Shown: positions 52,635 to 62,090, counted from the first letter of the stretch. The stretch is DNA of 64,000 nt from an uncultured Chloroflexota bacterium (GCA_903822495.1 CAIJPD010000038.1:19014-83013), one strand, 5' to 3'. The notes: a model not told the origin generated them from the letters alone. A program made the numbers and translations.

Positions 52635-54557
52635 GTGCCAACCGGTCCCGGTGCGCCGCGGCCTGCTACGCACGGCCGCAGCTCCGCAGCTCAGCACCCG
52701 GGTTTCGATCCAATCCTGGCGAGTCTCAATGACGCGATTGCGGCAGCCAATGAGGCCATCGCCGACGCCCAGCGGGCCCGTTCGGAGCTCGTCGAGCTCG
52801 GCATCTGGCAGGCAGGCTCGGACAGCGACTTCCATGCATTCCTCCGAGAGCAGATCGAGCAACCCAGTCGACGACTGAGTGATTCTCTCGGTGGGTTTGT
52901 CCTCCAGCAGCGCCTCCTGACTCGTCTCGAGGAGGAGCTCACGCTGCTCCGCGAGCGGCCCGCGCCGGGATTCGCTGGTGCCTTCGACCGGATCGAGGCA
53001 TGCACCGCCGGCTATCGCTCCAGTCCGCTGGTCCGGCCGTCGGAGGCGCCCGCGCCGATCTCGGCCCGGGTCACCGCGCCCGTAGCGGTTCGGGTGCACG
53101 TCCGGGCGCAGGCACAGCCATCCGACCCGCAGCCTCGGCCGGGCGCTCCAACCGCCGGCAGCGAACCGCGGTCGGTCGTTCAGAGTCTCGTTCGTCTTCT
53201 CAAGGGCCGCGGAGCGCCGGGCTCCACGGCGGCCGCAGCGGAGCCGGCCGAGCGGGCAGGTGCCAGGCTGGCTCCGCACGGCGTGGTCAACCGCACTCCG
53301 TCGTCCGGCCGCAGGACTGACGCCGCCGTCCAGGTCCCGGCACAGGAGACGGATCGCCCCGCCGCCAGCCCAGCACCCGCCCCGGCAGGCCGCGACGAAC
53401 GCGACGACGCCATGGACGCCGGACCCTCGGCGGACAGCAATCCGGCGACCACAGGGTCGGCAGATGGCAGTCCAGATCCGGACGCACGGCCACGGACGCC
53501 GGGCTCGACGAGCACCGACGCCACGACCAGCACGGCCGGGATGGACGCCGCGGCCGCATCGATCCAGGGGTCAAGTCGCGCTGACCGCCAATCCAGTGCG
53601 CGCACTCGCGACAAGAAATCGAACTCCCGTCCGCGACCGACGCACCGGCATGGCCTGGCGCTCGCCGTCGCCCTTGGCGGCCTGACCCTCTTCTTGAGCA
53701 CGATCGGCGGCCTGCCGGCAACCAACGGGGTTGGCGCGCCGTCGATCATCGCCGACGCCTGGGTCGCGACCGAGCCGTCGGAGCCGCCCACAGGTGACGA
53801 CGATTTCACGCTCGTCGTGCAGCCCGCGCTCGTCGTGCAGCCTGCTCTCGCCGTCCAGCCCGCTCTCGCCGTCGCAACCTCGCAAGTGGCCCAGCCCAGT
53901 CAGGAGATGGCGCTCCCCGACCCGACACTGGCGATGGTCGAGCCCAGCGCGCCACTCCCCAGGGTCGTCTTCGGCGGTTCGGGTCATACAAAGGTGGTCG
54001 CACTGACGTTCGACGACGGCTACTCCGCCGCCAACACGAGCCTGATCTTCAACATCCTGGTCCGGGAGCACGTGCCGGCCACGTTCTTTGCGAACGGCTA
54101 CGTCTTCTCGCGCGGTCCCAAGATCTGGCAGGCGATTGCTGCGGCTGGCTACCCTGTGGCCAACCATGGATACAGTCATGTGGACATGACCAAGCTGACG
54201 GATGAGGCCATCGCCGCGGAGTTGGTGAATACCCATGACGCATTCGAGCGCCTGACGGGGACGCCCATGCTTCGCCTGTTCCGGCCGCCGTACGGTACGC
54301 ATAGCGCGGCGACGGACCGGGCCGTGGCGGCCGCCGGCTACCCCACGATCGTCCTCTGGAACGTCACGGACGGGGACACCGCCCTGGGCATCATCGACGC
54401 GGATGCCGTGGCCTTCGCGCTGAAGGGCAACAATGAAGCCATTGTGCTGCTCCACGCCGGGCCCGACATCACTCCCCGGATCCTGCCGGCCATCATCGCT
54501 GGCTACCGCGCCCGCGGCTTTGGCTTCGTCACCGTGCCCGATCTCCTGAGGGCATGA
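52635..54557 (+). CDS. polysaccharide deacetylase (NodB domain) with a ~400-aa helical/disordered N-terminal region and one TM helix
   Basis: ..VVALTFDDGYS.., ..VANHGYSHVDM.. and ..LFRPPYGT... Confidence 0.85.
   Translation: MPTGPGAPRPATHGRSSAAQHPGFDPILASLNDAIAAANEAIADAQRARSELVELGIWQAGSDSDFHAFLREQIEQPSRRLSDSLGGFVLQQRLLTRLEEELTLLRERPAPGFAGAFDRIEACTAGYRSSPLVRPSEAPAPISARVTAPVAVRVHVRAQAQPSDPQPRPGAPTAGSEPRSVVQSLVRLLKGRGAPGSTAAAAEPAERAGARLAPHGVVNRTPSSGRRTDAAVQVPAQETDRPAASPAPAPAGRDERDDAMDAGPSADSNPATTGSADGSPDPDARPRTPGSTSTDATTSTAGMDAAAASIQGSSRADRQSSARTRDKKSNSRPRPTHRHGLALAVALGGLTLFLSTIGGLPATNGVGAPSIIADAWVATEPSEPPTGDDDFTLVVQPALVVQPALAVQPALAVATSQVAQPSQEMALPDPTLAMVEPSAPLPRVVFGGSGHTKVVALTFDDGYSAANTSLIFNILVREHVPATFFANGYVFSRGPKIWQAIAAAGYPVANHGYSHVDMTKLTDEAIAAELVNTHDAFERLTGTPMLRLFRPPYGTHSAATDRAVAAAGYPTIVLWNVTDGDTALGIIDADAVAFALKGNNEAIVLLHAGPDITPRILPAIIAGYRARGFGFVTVPDLLRA
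53811..53876 (+). repeat. 18-nt tandem repeat, ~3.6 copies (LVVQPA units)
   Basis: ctcgtcgtgcagcccgcg / ctcgtcgtgcagcctgct / ctcgccgtccagcccgct / partial copy. Confidence 0.8.
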
Positions 54558-54579
54558 CGGGAGCCAGGCTGCAGGCGGC

Positions 54580-56649
54580 CTAGCTCGTTCCGACCAGGGT
54601 GATCCCGTCAATGCGCGCGTAGTGGGAGTAGTACGTGGTCTCGTGGATCACGTTCCCGTTCGCGTCGGTCACCGTGACCGTCACCCAGGCGTCCATCCCG
54701 TCGGTGGGTGTCTCGATGCGCTTGGTGGTCCCGGAGGGCAGGGTGTCGGTGTACTCGATGGTATCGACCGCCTTGGTAGGGTTCTTGACGACCGGCGCGC
54801 CGATGCTGACCGTCCGGCCGGTTGGGACGCCGTAGATCTCGAACTTCACGTAGCCCGATGAGCCGTTCTGGATCTTGTAGGCGCGGATGAGGACCGGGTA
54901 GTCCGTGTCGTTCCGGAACGTCATGCTCTGGATCGAGCCGCCGCTGCTCTGCCAGACCGTGGCATCGAGGCCCAGCGGATAGCGGCCGATGTAGTAGTAG
55001 TGGTTCTGCCGCGAGCCCATCTGGAGCCCCGCCCTGAGCGCCGCGTTGAAGAGCGTAGTGGAGGCGGAGCAGATGCCGCCCGCCAGCGCGCCCTGTGGCT
55101 CCGTGTGGCCGTTGATGATCGCCCCGCCGTCCATGTATCCCCGCTCACGCGTCACCGGGCCGATCGCCTTCCAGAAGTCGAACCACGAGCCGGGCGTCAC
55201 GACGTAGCCATCGATGTCCATGGCTGGGATCCAGATGTTGTTGCCGAAGCCGTTGTTGATGTAGATCGGGAAGTAGGTGGTCCACTCGCCGATCTTGCTC
55301 ATCAAGGGAGCGGTATCCGCGGCCTGGCGCGTGGTCAGCTCGGGCTGCACGAGGGTCACGGCAGGTGCGACGCTCGTCACCGTCGCACCGCCCGCACGCT
55401 GCGCCAGGACCGCGGCGATGGCGGCGACGGTGCCGCCCCCGTCCAGGCTACGGCCATCCCGGCCCTCCGAGGCGCCGACGATCGTGCCGCCCTTGTCGAA
55501 CAGGTAGGACGCATTGCTGGGTGGCCGCTGGATCGCGGTGGCCCAGGCGGCCAGCTGATCGTCCAGCCCCTTGGGGGCGGCGACCGGAACGTAGCCGCCA
55601 TCACCGGTCACCCGGAACGAGACCCACGCGTGGATCTGCGCCGCGGGGATGGTCCACGACTGGAGGATGTCGGCGACGACCAGGTCCGCTTCCACTCGGT
55701 TCGCGAGGGCAGCGGCCGCCGATGCCTCCTCGGTCGTCACGACTGGCTGCACCGCCGCGGCACGCGCCGGCACGGTCACGATCGACGGGATGTCGAGTGC
55801 GCGGATGGCGTCCGTGGCATCAGCCAGCAACGCCGCCGCGTCGATGGTCATACCCACGGTGGCCGGGATGACGGTGTACGTGCCGCCGTCGGTTGTCACT
55901 CGGCCATCGACCGGGGCCACGCTCGCCGTCGTCGTGAAGGCGGCGACCGCGTCGGCGAGGGCGGTCCCGTTGATCGCGACCCGCGGCTCCAGCGCGATCC
56001 CCTGGGTCGCGGTCCGGGCGTTGAGCACGAGGCGGTCGAGGCCCGCGGCGATGCGGCCCGCGGCGAGCGCATCGGCGACCATCGCCTCGACGTCCGCCCG
56101 CCGGCCGAGCTGCCTCAGGCTGGTCCGCGTCTGGCGCTCGCCGGCGACGAGGACCAGCTCGCCGTCGCTGAGCGAGACGTAGGCCTCGGCGAGTCGGGCG
56201 CTGGCCTGAGCCTGTGTGAGGCCGGAGAGATCCACGGCGCCGACGTGGACACCCGGCAGGATCCTGCCGGAGAACTGGAGGTCAAAGGCGTACAGGCCGC
56301 CGGCCGAGAGGGCGAAGATGCCGAGCAGGCCGAACAGGAAGCCGCCGACGAATCGGAGGGGACGCGGGGGTCCGCGATGAGCAGGCCGCTCACCCGTGGT
56401 TGCAGGTGGGATGGCGACGAGAATCGCGTCGTGCGGCGCAAGATCGCCGGCGGCCGATCCGGCCGCAAGCTCATCCTCGGCCGCGGCGGCGGCCTCCACG
56501 GCGAGCTCCGAGGCGATGACCACCGCTGGATCGGCCCAGGGCTGGTCCGCAGACACGCCGACTCCCGGGTCGGCAGCGAGGCCGAACCCCTCCTCGAGCG
56601 GGTCCACGTCCTGATCGGTCATCCTGAGATTCGCATGCGGCTGGGCCAT
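54580..56649 (-). CDS. VanW family protein (N-terminal TM helix, repeat domains, C-terminal VanW)
   Basis: ..GGICSASTTLFNAALRAGLQMGSRQNHYYYIGRYPLGLDATVW.. Start choices are 56649, 56622 or the track start at 56778. Confidence 0.85.
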   Translation of the reverse strand: MAQPHANLRMTDQDVDPLEEGFGLAADPGVGVSADQPWADPAVVIASELAVEAAAAAEDELAAGSAAGDLAPHDAILVAIPPATTGERPAHRGPPRPLRFVGGFLFGLLGIFALSAGGLYAFDLQFSGRILPGVHVGAVDLSGLTQAQASARLAEAYVSLSDGELVLVAGERQTRTSLRQLGRRADVEAMVADALAAGRIAAGLDRLVLNARTATQGIALEPRVAINGTALADAVAAFTTTASVAPVDGRVTTDGGTYTVIPATVGMTIDAAALLADATDAIRALDIPSIVTVPARAAAVQPVVTTEEASAAAALANRVEADLVVADILQSWTIPAAQIHAWVSFRVTGDGGYVPVAAPKGLDDQLAAWATAIQRPPSNASYLFDKGGTIVGASEGRDGRSLDGGGTVAAIAAVLAQRAGGATVTSVAPAVTLVQPELTTRQAADTAPLMSKIGEWTTYFPIYINNGFGNNIWIPAMDIDGYVVTPGSWFDFWKAIGPVTRERGYMDGGAIINGHTEPQGALAGGICSASTTLFNAALRAGLQMGSRQNHYYYIGRYPLGLDATVWQSSGGSIQSMTFRNDTDYPVLIRAYKIQNGSSGYVKFEIYGVPTGRTVSIGAPVVKNPTKAVDTIEYTDTLPSGTTKRIETPTDGMDAWVTVTVTDANGNVIHETTYYSHYARIDGITLVGTS

Positions 56650-56790
56650 GCTAGCAGGCGGCCACAAACCGGCCGGCGACACGACCAACGGGCCGGGGCA
56701 CGCCGGCGAAGCGGCACGGATCGGGGTTGCAGGACGGGTCGGCGAGCTGCGGGCTGTGCCGGGCTCGCCGCCCGGCACAGGCAGACGAGC

Positions 56791-57927
56791 CTAGATGCTC
56801 CGCGGGAGGACGACGATCCGGCGATTGGGCTCCTCGCCCACCGACTGGGTCATGACATCCGGGTGCTCGCGCAGCGCGATGTGGATCCAGCGGCGCTCCA
56901 GGGCGGGCATGGGCTCCAGCTGGAGCATCTTGCCAGTCTCGGCGACGCGTTCCGCGGCGCGAGTGGCGAGGTCGTGCAGTTGGCGCTCGCGGCGGCCGCG
57001 GTAGTCCTCGACATCCACCAGGACTCGGGTCCAGTCACCCATCTTGCGGGAGAGCATCAGGTTGACGAGATGCTGCAGCGCAGAGAGGCGCTCGCCCTTG
57101 CGGCCGATGAGGGCGCCCAGCGCCTCCTTGCCGTCGCCCTCGGAGACGACATTGAGCCGGCTGGTGGCGCCACTGGCGACCTCGACGCTGGCTTCCAGCC
57201 CGAGATGCACGAGCAGCTCCTCGAGAATCTCCTTGCCTGCGGCCAACGCCTCGGGCGATGCCTCGGCGGCCTCAAGGTCTGCGCGCTCCGCAGCCACGGA
57301 GTTTCGGCCTGCGGCAAGCTCGGCCTGCTCGCGGTCGGAGAGCGTCGCTGGGGCGCGATGCGGCTCGTCGCGGCGGGGACCTCGATCGTCGCGGCGGGGC
57401 GGACGGTCACCTCGGCCCTCGGGTCGGGGGCCTCGATCGTCGCGGCGGGGCGGACGGTCATCCGAACGAGTCGCGGCCGGACGGGGCGCACGCTCCTCAC
57501 GGGGCGCATCGGTCCGCGGCGCACGCTCCTCACGGGGCGCATCGGTCCGCGGCGCATCGGCCCGGGGCGCACGCTCCTCACGGGGCGCATCCTCGCGGGG
57601 GGCGCGTTCGTCACGGCGCGGGGGCCGGTCGTCGCGACGGGGCCCACGGTCAAAGCCGCGGTCACCACCGAAGCTGCGCTCCTCGCGGGCGGGTTGAACG
57701 GGCAGCGGCTTGGCGGCCGCGGCATCGCGCTTGGGGGCTGACCCTCCAAGCTCAGCCCGGGGGGCAGCAACGATTCGGGCGGGCTCCGCACCCATACCCA
57801 GGACCCCCCGGCTACCGGGGGTCAGGATCTCGAAGTCGAGGTCATTAAGCCCAACGCCGAACTCTTCACGAGCGGCCTTGAGGGCTTCCTCGACGGTCTT
57901 GCCGGTGAACTCGCGATACACAGACAT
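56791..57927 (-). CDS. jag: Jag/KhpB-type RNA-binding protein (Jag_N, KH, R3H) with a ~170-aa Arg/Asp/Pro repeat insert
   Basis: N-terminus MSVYREFTGKTVEEALKAAREEFG.., KH motif IGRKGERL, R3H motif ERRWIHIAL..EPNRRIVV. It lies downstream of yidC. Confidence 0.88.
   Translation of the reverse strand: MSVYREFTGKTVEEALKAAREEFGVGLNDLDFEILTPGSRGVLGMGAEPARIVAAPRAELGGSAPKRDAAAAKPLPVQPAREERSFGGDRGFDRGPRRDDRPPRRDERAPREDAPREERAPRADAPRTDAPREERAPRTDAPREERAPRPAATRSDDRPPRRDDRGPRPEGRGDRPPRRDDRGPRRDEPHRAPATLSDREQAELAAGRNSVAAERADLEAAEASPEALAAGKEILEELLVHLGLEASVEVASGATSRLNVVSEGDGKEALGALIGRKGERLSALQHLVNLMLSRKMGDWTRVLVDVEDYRGRRERQLHDLATRAAERVAETGKMLQLEPMPALERRWIHIALREHPDVMTQSVGEEPNRRIVVLPRSI
57380..57600 (-). repeat. 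coding tandem/dispersed repeats inside jag
   Basis: Perfect 30-mer cctcgatcgtcgcggcggggcggacggtca at 57380 and 57431. 33-mer ggcgcacgctcctcacggggcgcatcggtccgc at 57486 and 57519, with a further partial copy. Confidence 0.85.
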
Positions 57928-57929
57928 GG

Positions 57930-59126
57930 TTAGCGTCGTCTCCCTCGTCGACCCTGCCGGCCCCTCTGGCTCGGACGGACCGTCGATGCCGCAGAAACGG
58001 CTCGATCGACCGGCGTGGATCGCGGTGGCGTGGATCGCGCGGGGGCTCCCGCCTCGCGCGTGGTCAGCATCGGCGCCGGGCTGGCGACCGGGAAGCGCGG
58101 TTTGTGATCGACGGCGAAGGCCGGCATCCACCCGAACAACGGGAACATGCCGCCCCAGCCGGTGGTCAGGAACTGTTGGATGACCTGGTAGATGGTGGTC
58201 ACGATGAGGTAGAGGTACAGCCCGACCGGGATGATCCCCCCGTACAGAATGGAGATCAGCGGCAGGAACAGCATGGTCTGGCGCTGGGCGCGCGTGTTGG
58301 GATCCACCGGGGTGTTGGGATCGTGCGGCGGCAGCGCCATCCGCGAAGCGAACAGCTGGAAGGCCGTGTACACGACGGCGAGGATGCTGACGCCGAAGCC
58401 CAGGACCGAGAAGGTGCTGGGCTGGCTGACGTCCATGTCGCCGAGCCACGGGACGACCGTGTCAAGGCAGGGCTTGATGTAGCCGTGGGCATCCGGGATG
58501 CCCGTCCCGGTGCACACCAGGTTGATGAGCTGAATGCCGAACACGTTCAGCATGGGCGTGGGATCGAAGCTCTGGAGGCCGTCCCGGATGACGGTGTACA
58601 TCGGGAGGAGGATCAGCATCGGCAGGAGCGACGTCAGGCAGCCGGCCTGGCTGACTCCTCGCTCCTTGTAGAGAGCGGAGATGGCCGCCTGCTGCTTGAC
58701 GCGGTCCGTCTTGTAGCGGCGCTGGATCTCCTTCATCTCGGGCGCGATCGCCTGCATCCGGCGCATCGAGACCATCTGGCGCCGCATCAGCGGGATCATC
58801 AGCGTCCGCACGACGAGGGTCATCACGACGATGGCGATGCCGATGTCAGGCGTGACCTGCTTGATGGCCATCAGGATGATGAACAGCCCCTGGAAGAGCG
58901 GCGTGTACAGCCAGGCGAGCAGGCTGAACGGGTCCGCATGGAGGGGTGCCGGCGAGAGTGGGATCTGGGCCGTTGACGTGGGGGTTTGCCCGCCCGACGA
59001 GCCCGCGCCACCAGCCGGCGCGCACGCGACGACCAGCAACGCGACGATCGCGAGCAGGAGCAGGAGGGAGCGCCTGCGGGCGGGCAGGAGCGTTCCGATC
59101 GACGCGAAGATCTTGCGCAGGGTCAT
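57930..59126 (-). CDS. yidC: membrane protein insertase YidC
   Basis: Polytopic ORF containing ..PLMRRQMVSMRRMQAIAPEMKEIQRRYK... The ATG at 59126 has GAGG 6 nt upstream. The track start is 59195. Confidence 0.9.
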   Translation of the reverse strand: MTLRKIFASIGTLLPARRRSLLLLLAIVALLVVACAPAGGAGSSGGQTPTSTAQIPLSPAPLHADPFSLLAWLYTPLFQGLFIILMAIKQVTPDIGIAIVVMTLVVRTLMIPLMRRQMVSMRRMQAIAPEMKEIQRRYKTDRVKQQAAISALYKERGVSQAGCLTSLLPMLILLPMYTVIRDGLQSFDPTPMLNVFGIQLINLVCTGTGIPDAHGYIKPCLDTVVPWLGDMDVSQPSTFSVLGFGVSILAVVYTAFQLFASRMALPPHDPNTPVDPNTRAQRQTMLFLPLISILYGGIIPVGLYLYLIVTTIYQVIQQFLTTGWGGMFPLFGWMPAFAVDHKPRFPVASPAPMLTTREAGAPARSTPPRSTPVDRAVSAASTVRPSQRGRQGRRGRRR

Positions 59127-59133
59127 CCCGGCC

Positions 59134-59340
59134 TCAGCGAACAGGGTCATAGCCGCCGGGGCTCCATGGGTGGCAGCGCGCGATTCGGCGGGCACCCATC
59201 CAGCTCCCCTTGAGCAGGCCGTAGCGGTTGATGGCCTCCTCCGTGTAGTGGGAGCAGGTTGGCTGATAGCGACATGACGACGGCATCCAGGAGAAGGCGA
59301 ATCGATAGGCGTGGATCAGGCCGATCCCGATTCGCTTCAC
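59134..59340 (-). CDS. yidD: membrane protein insertion efficiency factor YidD
   Basis: ..[37 protein letters not shown]. Confidence 0.9.
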   Translation of the reverse strand: MKRIGIGLIHAYRFAFSWMPSSCRYQPTCSHYTEEAINRYGLLKGSWMGARRIARCHPWSPGGYDPVR

Positions 59341-59672
59341 GAGCCAGATACCCCTCCGACGACCCCGCCCCGCTCCAGCGTTCGCCGGAGCGCCCCGACC
59401 AGCGCGGCGTAGTCCGCCTCGACGATGGCCGGACGGACGATGATGAGAACGTCCCAGCCGGGCCGGAACGAGACCTGCATCGCCCGCAGTGCTTCGCGGA
59501 GTCTCCGCCGAACGCGGTTCCGCACGATGGCGCCGCCGATCCGGCGTCCCGTCGCGAGACCGAACCGGGTCGTCTCAAGGTCTGTCCGCAGGAATCTGGC
59601 ACTCATCAGGGCGGAGGACCGGGTGGCCCCTCGCGCCTGGATCGCCGTGAACTCCTGCGGCCGAGAGAGCAT
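59337..59672 (-). CDS. rnpA: ribonuclease P protein component
   Basis: 111 aa from the ATG at 59672 (or GTG at 59675), with the RNR box [12 protein letters not shown]. The stop overlaps the yidD GTG. Confidence 0.85.
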   Translation of the reverse strand: MLSRPQEFTAIQARGATRSSALMSARFLRTDLETTRFGLATGRRIGGAIVRNRVRRRLREALRAMQVSFRPGWDVLIIVRPAIVEADYAALVGALRRTLERGGVVGGVSGS

Positions 59673-59704
59673 CACGAGACGCGGGCGCAGAGAGCGCGCG
59701 TCCC

Positions 59705-59839
59705 TCAGGCCGACAGGCGCTTCCGGCCGCGGGCCCGCCGTGCGGCGAGGACGCGGCGACCGCCCGTCGTCTTCATGCGGGCGCGGAAGCCGTGCTCCTT
59801 GGCGCGATGGCGCTTCTTGGGCTGATACGTCTGCTTCAT
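59705..59839 (-). CDS. rpmH: 50S ribosomal protein L34
   Basis: Manual translation gives [44 protein letters not shown]. It is too short to appear in the ORF track. Confidence 0.95.
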   Translation of the reverse strand: MKQTYQPKKRHRAKEHGFRARMKTTGGRRVLAARRARGRKRLSA

Positions 59840-60317
59840 GGGGGCTTCGGGTGATCCTCTCCATCAGGCCTCGGGGACTCGTCAGTTGTTGACCCCAAGA
59901 GGCACGCAAACGCGCCTTGGCGCATGGGAGCGCTGCGGCGCGTTCGTCGTCCGGGCGATCATATGGTCGCGCGGGATTGGGTGTCAAACGCCATCGGACC
60001 GCGCACGCACGGAACATGGGTTCCGCGACGCCCGGATGGGGTCCCTCCAAGGGCCGTCTGGCCCCATCGATGATACCCCCCCGGAGTACCAGCGTTTTGC
60101 CTTGCGACCCCCGGAAGGGCGGTGCTATCCTTCCCCAGCCGCCGGTCGGGAAGCCGATCGCAGACCCTCAACGGGCCCGTTTGGACGGGTCTCCAACGAG
60201 TCGGGGTGGCCCGCCTGAGCCGGCCAGCGCGCCGCCCCGGCGGCCGCAGTGTCAGTCCATTCGTGACTCCGCATGGGGCGCGACCCATTCTTGACCACCA
60301 GGATCATCATCGACCGA

Positions 60318-61694
60318 ATGGACGCCAAACAGGTCTGGCGTGCGGCTCTCGGGGAGCTGCAGGTCTCGCTCTCGCCGGCCAACTTCGAGACGTGGCTGCG
60401 TGACACCAGCCTCCTCGAGGTTGATGGCGCGCGGTTCCGGATCGCCGTGCCCAACGGCTTTGCGAAGGACTGGCTCGAGACGCGCTACCGCTCCCTGATC
60501 AGCCAGACGCTCGCCCGGATCGTGGGCTACAGCGTCCAGGTTGAGTTCGTCGTCAGCGCCGTTGCGGCGGCCCCGGCGGCCGACGACGAGGAGCGCCCGA
60601 CGACTCCGGTCGCGGAGCGCAGCCCGCAGGTCCGGCTGGAGCCCACCCGCGTCGGCGGGGAAGGCGGCGCCACCAGCATCAACCCCCGCTACACCTTCGC
60701 CAACTTCATCGTCGGGTCGGCCAACCGGCTCGCGCACGCGGCCAGCCTGTCGGTTGCGGAGCGACCGGGGCATGCCTACAACCCGCTCTTCCTGTATGGC
60801 GGCGTCGGCCTGGGCAAGACCCACCTGATGCACGCAATCGGGAACCAGGTGATCGCCAAGTTCCCGCGCAAGCGGGTCGTCTATGCGACCAGCGAGAAGT
60901 TCACCAACGAGTTCATCACGTCGATCCAGCAGGGCAAGATCGACGAGTTCCGGGCGCGCTACCGCCGGATCGACCTCCTCCTCATCGATGACATCCAGTT
61001 CATCGCGGACAAGGAGCGAACGCAGGAAGAGTTCTTCCACACGTTCAACACGATCCACGAAGACGGCAAGCAGATCGTCCTGTCGTCGGACCGCCCGCCC
61101 AAGGCCATCCTCACGCTGGAAGAGCGCCTTCGCAGTCGGTTCGAGTGGGGCCTGATCGCGGACCTGACCGCGCCCGACCTGGAGACGCGCATCGCCATCC
61201 TTCGCGCCAAGGCGGAGGTCGGGGCACTACCCATCACCTCGGACGTGATCGAGTTCATCGCCCGCAAGGTGGTCTCCAACATCCGCGAGCTGGAAGGGGC
61301 GCTCAACCGGATCCTGGCCTATGCCTCGATGGGGGCCACGCCCATCAGCATCGAGCTCGCCCAGGCAGTGCTCTCCAACGTCCTGTACAACCCCAAGAAG
61401 CGCCAGGTCACCCCGGAGCGCATCGCGCGGGCAGTGGCGGACTACTACGGCGTGCCGATGGACGTGCTCCAGGGGCAGAAGCGGGACAAGGCCATCGTGA
61501 TGCCCCGCCAGATTGCGATGTACCTGATGCGCGCGGAGACCGACGTCTCCCTCCTCCGGATCGGCGCCGAGCTGGGCGGCCGGGATCACTCCACCGTCCT
61601 CCACGCGTGCGACAAGATCACGCGTGAATCGGCCAGCAACGACGAGCTCCGTCGAGAGATCGCTGCAGTGCGCGAGCTCATCTACGCCGACTGA
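60318..61694 (+). CDS. dnaA: chromosomal replication initiator DnaA
   Basis: MDAKQVWRAALGELQ.., Walker A GGVGLGKTHL, and the C-terminal DNA-binding helix ..LGGRDHSTVLHA... Confidence 0.97.
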   Translation: MDAKQVWRAALGELQVSLSPANFETWLRDTSLLEVDGARFRIAVPNGFAKDWLETRYRSLISQTLARIVGYSVQVEFVVSAVAAAPAADDEERPTTPVAERSPQVRLEPTRVGGEGGATSINPRYTFANFIVGSANRLAHAASLSVAERPGHAYNPLFLYGGVGLGKTHLMHAIGNQVIAKFPRKRVVYATSEKFTNEFITSIQQGKIDEFRARYRRIDLLLIDDIQFIADKERTQEEFFHTFNTIHEDGKQIVLSSDRPPKAILTLEERLRSRFEWGLIADLTAPDLETRIAILRAKAEVGALPITSDVIEFIARKVVSNIRELEGALNRILAYASMGATPISIELAQAVLSNVLYNPKKRQVTPERIARAVADYYGVPMDVLQGQKRDKAIVMPRQIAMYLMRAETDVSLLRIGAELGGRDHSTVLHACDKITRESASNDELRREIAAVRELIYAD

Positions 61695-61698
61695 GCCG

Positions 61699-61765
61699 GC
61701 TGACGCCAGGGGCGTCAGCAGCCAGCGCGTTCGTCACACCTGCGGGGGCCATCTGGCCCCCGTTT
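61699..61765 (+). terminator. two hairpins after dnaA
   Basis: GCTGACGCC-agg-GGCGTCAGC (61699-61719). GGGGGCC-atct-GGCCCCC followed by GTTTC (61744-61765). Confidence 0.45.
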
Positions 61766-61775
61766 CGGTCTTCCC

Positions 61776-62090
61776 TGTGGATAACATCCCCGAATCGGTG
61801 GACAACCGGGCGCCGATGTGGACATCCAGCCCGGCGTCCGGGGAGATCCGCCCGCCCCGCGTGGACACCGGTGCGGGCTATCCACAGCGTCGGACGGACC
61901 GGCCTGGCCAGTCCACAGCCTCTCCCGGTCGCCATCCCCGGCCGGTCACCCGTGGCCCACGCTCCGCGCGCACCTCTCCACGGCTGCGCCGTGCACGCCG
62001 GATCAAGGGCATCCACACCGTCCACACCATGATGATGGTGATGACGGAATGAGAAGATAGATAGAAGATACGAATCTCCATGGCGAAATG
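61776..62090. other. oriC candidate: eight DnaA boxes plus an AT-rich unwinding element
   Basis: Boxes at 61776 (TGTGGATAA), 61797, 61817 and 61860, then at 61878 (CTATCCACA), 61909, 62009 and 62018. The AT-rich stretch spans 62029-62090. Confidence 0.8.

Noticed and set aside
62030-62076. A GAT-periodic run (GATGATGGTGATGAC) and GATAGATAGAAGATA as possible DnaA-trios.
   Set aside because: By my reading, the polarity and phase do not match the published 3'-(G/A)AT-5' trio arrangement relative to the adjacent box, and the TAG repeats are spaced 4 nt rather than 3 nt apart. It is reported only as part of the AT-rich element.
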